Source: Elainellaceae cyanobacterium
Lineage (GTDB): Bacteria > Cyanobacteriota > Cyanobacteriia > CAZCXK01
Reading direction: 5' to 3'
Assembly (NCBI GenBank): GCA_051117555.1
Contig: JBNPEG010000223.1
Coordinates: forward strand, 1-14,511
Length of the DNA: 14,511 nucleotides
In this document: piece by piece, positions 7,436 through 14,511 of the stretch
Position numbering within the stretch: position 1 is the stretch's first letter
Layout of the letters: every line of letters starts with the position of its first letter
Position numbers and translations under genes: made by a program
The notes under the pieces: model-generated
The model's database searches: none
What the model was told of the DNA's origin: nothing
Seen by the model: the letters and a program-made list of their open reading frames with translations, nothing else

Positions 7436-8572
7436 ATGACTATCTTTCGGATTGTCCTTCCGGGTTCAGATTTTAAGCAGACTGTCCAATCGCTATTAGA
7501 CCAGGCAGATGTGCAAATCAATGGCGATCGCCCCTGGGATATTCAGGTTCATCACCAGCAGTTATATCCACGACTCCTTGCTGAGTGGTCAATGGCTGCC
7601 GGAGAATCGTATATGGACGGTTGGTGGGATTGCGATCGCTTAGATGAGATGTTTTTCCGCGTGTTCCGCAGCAATCTAGAGCGGGCAATGGAAAGCCGAA
7701 CCTATTTGCATATCCTCCAAGCCAAACTTCTAAATTTACAAACGCCTTATCGAGCCTTTCAGGTCGGGCAACACCACTATGATATCGACAATCTGCTTTA
7801 CCAGAAAATGCTCGATCGACGCATGATCTACAGCTGTGGCTACTGGAGAGATGCAACTACACTCGATCAGGCTCAAGAGGCAAAGCTTGACCTCATTTGT
7901 CGAAAGCTTGACTTACAGCCTGGTATGAGAGTGTTAGACATTGGCTGCGGCTGGGGCGGAACCACCCGATATATTGCCGAACGTTATCAGGTCGAAGTTG
8001 TCGGCATCACAGTATCTGAACAACAGGCGCAATTTGCCCGAGACATTTGCAAAGGATTGCCAATTGAAATTCGTCTGCAAGACTATCGCGAACTCAAGGA
8101 ATCGTTCGATCGAGTTATATCCGTCGGCATGTTTGAGCATGTGGGGTATAAAAATTACCGCACCTATTTTGAATGCGTGCGTCGCTGCCTCAAAGACGAT
8201 GGACGCTTTTTGTTACAGACAATCGGCACCAATCTCACATGGTCAACGAGCGAACCCTGGCTTGAGAAATATATTTTCCCCAACTCGATGCTGCCTTCTG
8301 CAAAGCAGATTACCACTGCCATTGAAGATGTCATGATGGTTGAAGACTGGCATAACTTTGGTCCGGATTATGATAAAACTCTCCTGGCATGGTTTCACAA
8401 CTTTGATACATCGTGGGATTCACTCAGCAACGGCCACGACGAACGGTTTTATCGTATGTGGAAATATTATCTATTGACCTGCGCGGCTTCATTTCGAGCG
8501 AGAAAAAATCATCTTTGGCAAATTCTGTTATCACCCAATGGACTAGTCGGTGACCACCGATTTCCGAGATGA
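7436..8572 (+). CDS. cfa: Cyclopropane-fatty-acyl-phospholipid synthase
   Basis: INGDRPWDIQVH, GESYMDGWWDC, HHYDI, MIYSCGYW, SAM motif VLDIGCGWGG, VSVGMFEHVG, KYIFPNSMLPS and RFYRMWKYYL; E. coli Cfa-like along its whole length. Confidence 0.94.
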   Translation: MTIFRIVLPGSDFKQTVQSLLDQADVQINGDRPWDIQVHHQQLYPRLLAEWSMAAGESYMDGWWDCDRLDEMFFRVFRSNLERAMESRTYLHILQAKLLNLQTPYRAFQVGQHHYDIDNLLYQKMLDRRMIYSCGYWRDATTLDQAQEAKLDLICRKLDLQPGMRVLDIGCGWGGTTRYIAERYQVEVVGITVSEQQAQFARDICKGLPIEIRLQDYRELKESFDRVISVGMFEHVGYKNYRTYFECVRRCLKDDGRFLLQTIGTNLTWSTSEPWLEKYIFPNSMLPSAKQITTAIEDVMMVEDWHNFGPDYDKTLLAWFHNFDTSWDSLSNGHDERFYRMWKYYLLTCAASFRARKNHLWQILLSPNGLVGDHRFPR

Positions 8573-8754
8573 TTTAGTAAATTATTCTCATTAGAGAAAT
8601 AATAGTGCCCACGATTTTTGCAGAAGCTTTACCAGGTGCTTATGATTACTTAGCAGTTCATTAGATATGCTGAGGCCACAAGGGTGAGGTAAACAGGGAT
8701 CTACCTAGAAGTCGATAACATTCCTCAAAAAGAGCATAACTGGACGCGTAGAAT

Positions 8755-8784
8755 AATCCCAGCCAATTTGGCTGGGTTTTTCTT
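8755..8784. terminator. Hairpin between convergent genes, probable bidirectional terminator
   Basis: CCCAGCCAA-T-TTGGCTGGG (8758-8776) followed by TTTTTCTT on the + strand, 13 bp from the stop of the minus-strand gene. Confidence 0.65.
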
Positions 8785-8789
8785 GCCAG

Positions 8790-10211
8790 TCAATCAGGTG
8801 TATTTTCTTCATCGACTGGCAAATCGAGGCTCAAAATCTGATCGATAACGCTCTTTGCTGCGGACGGTGATGCATCCGTTCCTCGATTGGAGAATGCGTT
8901 GTCCAATGGGTCATCGGATGTGTTCGGCAGATTTGACAGATCCTCTGGTACATTCGCCGGAGTCACATCAGACGGAACGGCAGGCTGTAACCTCATCAGA
9001 GTTTGAGCGATCGCCCCATGGCGGCGCTCCTGGTCGCGGGAAATGCCGTCGACCGTATTACCCAATCCTGGCGCATTCCATCGCTGAGTATGGGGATCAA
9101 GGAACGAACGAGTCCGCGCCCACACAATAGCGTCTGAGCCCCTTAATCCCATATTCTGAGCTTGTTTCAGACGATCGATATATCCCCCTGCTCCTAGAGC
9201 AGCAAGCGGGGCTTGATTTGCCAAATCGATGCCGTTTAGCAATTCCTCCAGTGTCAAACGAATATGCTGGCTTTCTGCATCGTCCAGCAATCGCTGGGAC
9301 TGTTCTTGTAAGCGACGAAGCTGCCGTTCGTCTGCCTCAGCCGGCGAGGATGCCCCGTGTTGGTATGAAAAGCTGCCTAGATTCCACGCCTGATTACCCG
9401 GATCAACGTGCCCATAATAGGCAGAGGTATAATGCCCGTCAGGGGTACGAGTTCCCTCCGCAGCACCAATAATCCGAGCGAGGAGCGACGCAGACCCCCC
9501 TTCAAAGAACTCCGATGTGAGAGGTGCTAAATCCTCCGAGACGGGAGGATGCGAGCGAGAAATTTGAGATGGTTGAGCAGACGTATGGGCAGACGCATGG
9601 GGATCTGACGTCGAAGAAACGTGTCCAGATGAGGAAATCTCAAAGCTAAGAATGACCGGCTTAGTCTCTCGACGTTCTGCTTGATGTTGAGAGGAGTCAG
9701 CGGAGGGGAACGACCGATCAGATTGGCTGCCGGTCTGCCCTAAATCATCAGGTTGAGCGATCGCCTCGGGTCGAGGGTTAGATATCGTGGGTGGCGGCGG
9801 TAAAGCCGCTTGCACGCGATCCGCTTTGCCCACAGGCGCATGCTCGTTAGATGGAATGGCGAGCGGCGGCAATGAAGACAGCGCCGCACCAATCAATTGG
9901 TGCCCTGCTGACTGCTGACCACTAACATCTGATTGTTGACCAATGCCCGCTACCTGCTGGCTCACTGATGGCTGATCGCTGACTGCCGATTGCGGCCTCT
10001 CTATCGACGATGTCAACCCAAAATCCAAAATAGGCTCACGGGCGATCGCCGGACGATTGCTACTAACCAGAGCGCCGACCATCATCATCACACAAAGAAG
10101 CATGACTCGTTGAATCAGGATGACACTTTTCCAGTGAAATGGAGCGGTCTGAATCACGATTAAATCATCAACCGATTGACGGGTATCGTTGTCGCAAAAC
10201 CGAGGAATCAT
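8790..10211 (-). CDS. Exported hypothetical protein with low-complexity linker and putative lysozyme-like C-terminal domain
   Basis: Hydrophobic N-terminal segment ending PAIA, an S/P/Q-rich linker, then a globular domain LARIIGAAEGTRTPDG...YYGHVDPGN...NLGSFSYQ. Its start overlaps the upstream gene's stop (ATGA, 10208-10211). The lysozyme call is inference. Confidence 0.7.
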   Translation of the reverse strand: MIPRFCDNDTRQSVDDLIVIQTAPFHWKSVILIQRVMLLCVMMMVGALVSSNRPAIAREPILDFGLTSSIERPQSAVSDQPSVSQQVAGIGQQSDVSGQQSAGHQLIGAALSSLPPLAIPSNEHAPVGKADRVQAALPPPPTISNPRPEAIAQPDDLGQTGSQSDRSFPSADSSQHQAERRETKPVILSFEISSSGHVSSTSDPHASAHTSAQPSQISRSHPPVSEDLAPLTSEFFEGGSASLLARIIGAAEGTRTPDGHYTSAYYGHVDPGNQAWNLGSFSYQHGASSPAEADERQLRRLQEQSQRLLDDAESQHIRLTLEELLNGIDLANQAPLAALGAGGYIDRLKQAQNMGLRGSDAIVWARTRSFLDPHTQRWNAPGLGNTVDGISRDQERRHGAIAQTLMRLQPAVPSDVTPANVPEDLSNLPNTSDDPLDNAFSNRGTDASPSAAKSVIDQILSLDLPVDEENTPD

Positions 10212-10738
10212 GGCGACGTTAGAATCTTTTCTAAAATGTTGCTAGAGGGTTCGACCATGGCCCATGTGCCATCGGGTTGTCGCCTGAGGGTGGCAAATTG
10301 CAAATAGTCTCCTGACCCCATTGAGTCTCCCTGGTTGAGGTCTCCCTGGTTGGATTGCCGTAGCCCGCACAGGCGAAACAGATAGGCAGGTACTTCTGGA
10401 CTTGAAAAAATAACGCAGTCGCTATTGTCGGCATAGGGCTGAACAGTTCCGTCGAATGGTGCAAAGACGCGATCGCCTCCTAGATCGATCGAAATATCGC
10501 CCAACCCTCCCACAATTCGGTGACCGCCGAGTGTGTCTCCGGGCTGCAATTCCCAACTTTGGTGAATTTGAAGAGTTCGAGCTGGCTCTGGAGCCTCTTT
10601 AAATTGGCACCCTCCAACTCCCAAAGCGATCCCAATGAATACATAGCAGTGCTTAACGCAATTACGAATGGCTATAGCGCTGATGATGCTGATTTTACTG
10701 AAAGCTGAACCGAAACCCTGCATATTCGTCGTCTTCAT
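10208..10738 (-). CDS. Hypothetical lipoprotein with degenerate M23/LytM-like domain (start uncertain)
   Basis: Lipobox-like IALGVGGC. The segments VFAPFDGTV, GDLNQGDSMG, LQFATLR and VEP follow the order of M23 motifs, but no Zn-binding His is present. The true start is probably downstream of 10738. Confidence 0.7.
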   Translation of the reverse strand: MKTTNMQGFGSAFSKISIISAIAIRNCVKHCYVFIGIALGVGGCQFKEAPEPARTLQIHQSWELQPGDTLGGHRIVGGLGDISIDLGGDRVFAPFDGTVQPYADNSDCVIFSSPEVPAYLFRLCGLRQSNQGDLNQGDSMGSGDYLQFATLRRQPDGTWAMVEPSSNILEKILTSP

Positions 10739-11087
10739 AGAGAATGACTAGCCAGGTCTGCGGTTCAAATGCTAGAGGATATGCTTCTCGTTCAGCCGCT
10801 ACGCCCGCTCGAATTTCAATACTGGGTAGCTGACAGTAGGGATCTGCGAGAATCTCCTGAACTTTTGCTTTAGAATCGCGCTCAGGAATGGTAAGCATAT
10901 GTGCCAACTGTTCCCTTGATAGAGCAACCTCCTCTTTTACCTCGCCCTGGCAATCCTTATAATGGCTGATGGATTGATCTTGAGAGGTTATTCCTCCCAC
11001 GTCAATGAGTAAACCTACAAGAGCAAACATCAAACCACCCGCCAAGAGGGGGGTGAGAGTTGATGGTTCAGAATCGCGACGTTTCAT
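10695..11087 (-). CDS. Membrane-anchored hypothetical protein, possible BamE/SmpA-BLIP-like fold
   Basis: Strong RBS GGAGG, an N-terminal TM helix, two Cys, and SKAKVQEILADP...EAYPL...WLVILYEDDEYAG. Confidence 0.72.
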   Translation of the reverse strand: MKRRDSEPSTLTPLLAGGLMFALVGLLIDVGGITSQDQSISHYKDCQGEVKEEVALSREQLAHMLTIPERDSKAKVQEILADPYCQLPSIEIRAGVAAEREAYPLAFEPQTWLVILYEDDEYAGFRFSFQ

Positions 11088-11166
11088 CCCTCAACCTCCT
11101 CATGATGGATTGCCGTCCAACACGTCACAACTAACAAAATCCAAGCTATCCCAAGCAGAATAGGGG

Positions 11167-12384
11167 TCATAGTCGTCCTCCGAGGAGCAACCCAATCATG
11201 ATTAGCAACAGCCGATAGCCCAAAGCAAGACCCGAACGTGGGTCAATCGTGGTTCGATATATGGCGATCGCTGTCGGGGTTACGACCAGCGCGAGCACGG
11301 GCAACCAAAACGCTGGAAAAGCTGCCAATAGGGCATCAAGCCCGATTCGCACAACCGCCGACCCAGCAATCCATAAGACGGCTTCTTGAAAATCGAGTGA
11401 CGGTAACTCAGGCGTCTCCGCTGCATTGGCGTGTTCAACTCGATTAGTTACATTGGCGCGTTCAACTCGACCGGCGCGACGGGGCGACGAAACGCTATTT
11501 ACTAAACTAGTCAACGGTTCAAGCAGCAGCCCTACGATAGACGTTGATTTAGGAGACGACCGCTTCGCAGATTTTCGAGTCGCGGTCACGGTGGAGGAAC
11601 CGTCTTTGGGGGGCACGCCTTTTGGAGAGCGATTTGCAAACCGACGCACCGTTTCAGCCGTTGAAATAGCAGCTTGCTCTGCCTCATGTTCCTTTTTGAG
11701 CAAGTCAATCGTTCGCGCCGTGATGACATACGCTCCATTGATGACATCGCGCTCAACTTTTGGCACCGCAGTTGGCAAATATTCGCAGACAGAAGGCGTT
11801 GAGCGATCGCCCTGCAAGACATCATCTCCTTTGAGCGTGGTTTGGTCGTGCTCAACTTGCTCGGCGATCGCCTTAAGCTCGAGCATCGCGGCTTCTTGCA
11901 CGGCTGAAAGTTCATTAATTCGCTGTACCTGCGCATCTAAGCGCTTCAATCCATCTGAAAGCTGCTGCGGTGAAATACTGTAGCGCGCAGAGGCGTGCCG
12001 AGCGACCGTCGACGATGTAGGAGAAGACGAAACAGGCCGAGTTGGAGCAGGCGGTGTGACATAAACAGGGGATTGCCCTTGATGCGGCGAAAACGTGGGT
12101 TCGCTAAGGGGGGATGCAGTTCCTCGACGGGATTTCTTCTCTCCGGGAAGCTGTAAGACAGTTTTTGCCGGCGCATGAGCGACATCTTGCAGCGTAGAGG
12201 TCTTGTAATGAAAATCAGCACCAAAGTCTTGGTCAGATGCCGCTTCGGTGGTTGGCAACCTATAGCCTGCATTAGGTTTAGGGGCACGGGAAGATGATGA
12301 GACATCTCGGCGTCTAGATTGACGCTGTCCAATTTCTTGCAGTTGGGCTTCGACTGCTTGAATCTCTGCGTTCAACGCTTTCAT
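11167..12384 (-). CDS. Hypothetical membrane protein with coiled coils and C-terminal TM helices
   Basis: AGGAG RBS precedes the ATG at 12384 (MKALNAE). There are two coiled-coil-like segments, disordered S/P/T-rich linkers and ~3 hydrophobic helices ending LIMIGLLLGGRL. Confidence 0.75.
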   Translation of the reverse strand: MKALNAEIQAVEAQLQEIGQRQSRRRDVSSSSRAPKPNAGYRLPTTEAASDQDFGADFHYKTSTLQDVAHAPAKTVLQLPGEKKSRRGTASPLSEPTFSPHQGQSPVYVTPPAPTRPVSSSPTSSTVARHASARYSISPQQLSDGLKRLDAQVQRINELSAVQEAAMLELKAIAEQVEHDQTTLKGDDVLQGDRSTPSVCEYLPTAVPKVERDVINGAYVITARTIDLLKKEHEAEQAAISTAETVRRFANRSPKGVPPKDGSSTVTATRKSAKRSSPKSTSIVGLLLEPLTSLVNSVSSPRRAGRVERANVTNRVEHANAAETPELPSLDFQEAVLWIAGSAVVRIGLDALLAAFPAFWLPVLALVVTPTAIAIYRTTIDPRSGLALGYRLLLIMIGLLLGGRL

Positions 12385-12764
12385 ATGTTCTCCTAATAAT
12401 CGCCTGATTGCTCTGGGGACGCGACACGACTCTTTTAGTACATACATATTATAAACACAATATAGTTCATGCGTACTATATGCGCAATGGAAGATCAATC
12501 AGATCAACAAACTCTAATTTTGATTTGGGCGCCGCAGGGATTGTTATATCAAAATAATTAGGAATGTTTATATGTCGAACGGCTTCTTGAAGAGCGAGCG
12601 TCTGTGTGTCTGTAATGATTAAGTACGTGGAATTAAGAGTTAAGCGAACCGCACAGGAGTTTCAATTAATAATTATTCATATTGGTGTGTTTGGGCAACC
12701 TTGACAAATCAATTTTTTTTGAAATGATGAGATTATATTCTTTCCGGTTCGTGGAGCTTGATCT

Positions 12765-13829
12765 ATGAATTTAATCGCATCAAAAGGAGTGACTATTGCT
12801 TTAGGAGTCTTCGCTCTAACAGCTAGCTGCTCTGTGCCCCCCAATTCCACAGAAGTAGATAATCCGAGTGCAACACTCCAGCAATCTGATTCAGAATCAT
12901 CGAATACAGCCGCTATTCAAGTCGATGGTTCAAGCACGGTATATCCGTTAACTCAAGAAGTCGCAATGGAATTAAAGTTTGAACAACCTGATGCACCTGA
13001 CGTTGCCGTCGCATTCTCAGGCACAGGCGGTGGATTTCGTAAATTTTGTGCCGGTGAGACGGATATCAACGATGCCTCACGCCCCATTCTCAAGGATGAA
13101 ATGGAAGCCTGTGCTGCCAACGGGATTGAATATATCGAACTTCCAGTTGCCTATGATGCCTTAACCATCGTCGTTCATCCGGATAATGATTGGGCAGACG
13201 ATATTACAGTTGCGGAACTGAAGAAGATATGGGAGCCTTCTGCCGAAGACACAATCACTACTTGGAATCAAATTCGTTCTGAGTGGCCTGATCATCCCCT
13301 CAATTTATACGGCGCTGGGCAGGATTCCGGAACATTCGACTATTTCACTGAGGCGATCGTGGGTGAGTCCGGCGCTAGTCGCAGCGACTACACTGCCAGT
13401 GAAGATGACTACGAACTGATGCGTGGCATTCGCCAAGATCCGAACGCTCTTGGTTACTTTGGCTATGCCTATTATGAAGAAGGGCAAAATGTCCTTGATG
13501 CACTACCCGTAGATAGCGGCCAAGGCTCAATAGAGCCATCGTCTGAGACCGTTAAGAGTGGAGAATATCAACCGTTAGCCCGTCCGCTGTTCATTTATGT
13601 CAATGCAAATGCTGTGCAAGCTAAGCCAGAACTGAGAGAGTTTGTGGAATATTACTTGAGCAATGCTGCTTTCTTGGCTGAGGTTGTCGGATATATTCCT
13701 CTACCTTCTGAGGCGTATGGTATTGCACTAGAGCACTTAGCCAATAATCGTACTGGTACTGTTTTTGATGGAACTCCGCGAACAGATCTGACCATCGAAG
13801 AACTTCTAGAAAAGGAGGTTTCATTTTGA
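12765..13829 (+). CDS. pstS: Phosphate ABC transporter substrate-binding protein (PstS/SphX family)
   Basis: Lipobox LTASC and motifs [57 protein letters not shown]. Confidence 0.93.
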   Translation: MNLIASKGVTIALGVFALTASCSVPPNSTEVDNPSATLQQSDSESSNTAAIQVDGSSTVYPLTQEVAMELKFEQPDAPDVAVAFSGTGGGFRKFCAGETDINDASRPILKDEMEACAANGIEYIELPVAYDALTIVVHPDNDWADDITVAELKKIWEPSAEDTITTWNQIRSEWPDHPLNLYGAGQDSGTFDYFTEAIVGESGASRSDYTASEDDYELMRGIRQDPNALGYFGYAYYEEGQNVLDALPVDSGQGSIEPSSETVKSGEYQPLARPLFIYVNANAVQAKPELREFVEYYLSNAAFLAEVVGYIPLPSEAYGIALEHLANNRTGTVFDGTPRTDLTIEELLEKEVSF

Positions 13830-13916
13830 ACCAAACCTCTATTTCTCTACTTGATGTGCCTAATCTGACATGCCAATCGGATATTTGGACATGCAAGACT
13901 ATTTCCTAAGAAGGAT

Positions 13917-13962
13917 GAACAATCATAACAAATCAAGTTTAATTGATTTGTTATGATTGTTC
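13917..13962. repeat. Perfect 20-bp inverted repeat with 6-nt loop
   Basis: GAACAATCATAACAAATCAA-GTTTAA-TTGATTTGTTATGATTGTTC, read directly. Confidence 0.95.
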
Positions 13963-14006
13963 TCAGGCACTGCAGAAAATAGATTTTGTGGAGACTACTC
14001 ACTCCT

Positions 14007-14402
14007 ATGGCTCCTCATACATCAAGAAATATTCTCTTATCTTCGCTCTTGATTCTGGCTCCAATGTTCCTGCTGACCGCATGTGTTGCGTCCAATGGAG
14101 TCAATGACGACCCGCAGACTCCAGCACTTGATATTTCCGCCGATTCTACCACCACAAAAACAGTATATATTGATGGGTCTAGCACGGTCTTTCCAATCAC
14201 CGAAGCGATCGCCCAAGCCTACAAAGCCGAGGTGGATAATTCTCAGGTTGTGGTTAGTTTTTCGGGTACCGGAGGAGGTTTCGATAAATTTTGCGCTGAA
14301 GAAACTGATATTAATGACGCATCTCGTCCAATTTCAGTTCAGGAAATGGAAGCATGCGATCGCGCGGGTATTCGATATATCGAAAAGCAGAAAAAATTCT
14401 GA
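14007..14402 (+). pseudogene. pstS: Truncated second PstS paralogue
   Basis: Lipobox [13 protein letters not shown] and [24 protein letters not shown]...GIRYIE, then unrelated KQKKF*. The intact paralogue continues LPVAYDAL, and no other frame resumes this. Confidence 0.85.
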
Positions 14403-14460
14403 GCTTGCCCAGTACTTGCACAGTATAGGTCAGATTATTAATGACACCAGAACGTATCCA

Positions 14461-14511
14461 TACTAATTCAGACAAAAGTTCCGACACGGATTCGAAAGCA
14501 GTACAGGCCGG
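14461..14511. mobile_element. Possible end of an insertion sequence at the window edge
   Basis: TACTAATTCAGACAAAAGTTCCGACA recalls TA-starting cyanobacterial IS/MITE termini. A minus-strand frame ends GLYCFRIRVGTFV*, weakly transposase-like. It lies next to a gene truncation. Evidence is weak. Confidence 0.25.

Noticed and set aside
12385..12498. Longer start for the 443-aa ORF
   Set aside because: The region is AT-rich and promoter-like, and a clear AGGAG RBS precedes the ATG at 12384.
12610..12645. Pho box or NtcA site upstream of pstS
   Set aside because: The TTAA units are spaced 14 and 7 bp rather than 11 bp, and GTA...TAC has a 9-nt rather than 8-nt spacer.

Overview
Cyanobacterial chromosomal segment (about 20 HIP1 GCGATCGC octamers, short tandem repeats, grxC-gshB). 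The left ~2.6 kb is a decaying accessory island next to the 3' end of tRNA-Phe(GAA). It holds the end of an IS1-family element that cuts a reverse transcriptase gene (group II-like, probably the CRISPR-associated type). It also holds a divergent four-helix-bundle gene (23S-IVP/Avd-like) frameshifted in a T9 run and bracketed by mutually complementary octamer repeats, an HTH/P-loop/TPR gene whose ATPase core appears deleted at a HIP1 site, and a tyrosine integrase remnant. Core-like genes follow: a PPC-domain protein, grxC, gshB, a NitT/TauT-type ABC binding protein plus ATPase with no permease, and cfa. A minus-strand four-gene cluster of 'hypotheticals' (8790-12384) reads by motif as a membrane protein, a BamE/BLIP-like protein, a degenerate M23/LytM protein and a lysozyme-like protein, i.e. 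a candidate uncharacterised peptidoglycan-remodelling module. The window ends with an intact pstS, a perfect 20-bp hairpin and a truncated second pstS. All family calls come from motif recognition by eye, with no database search.
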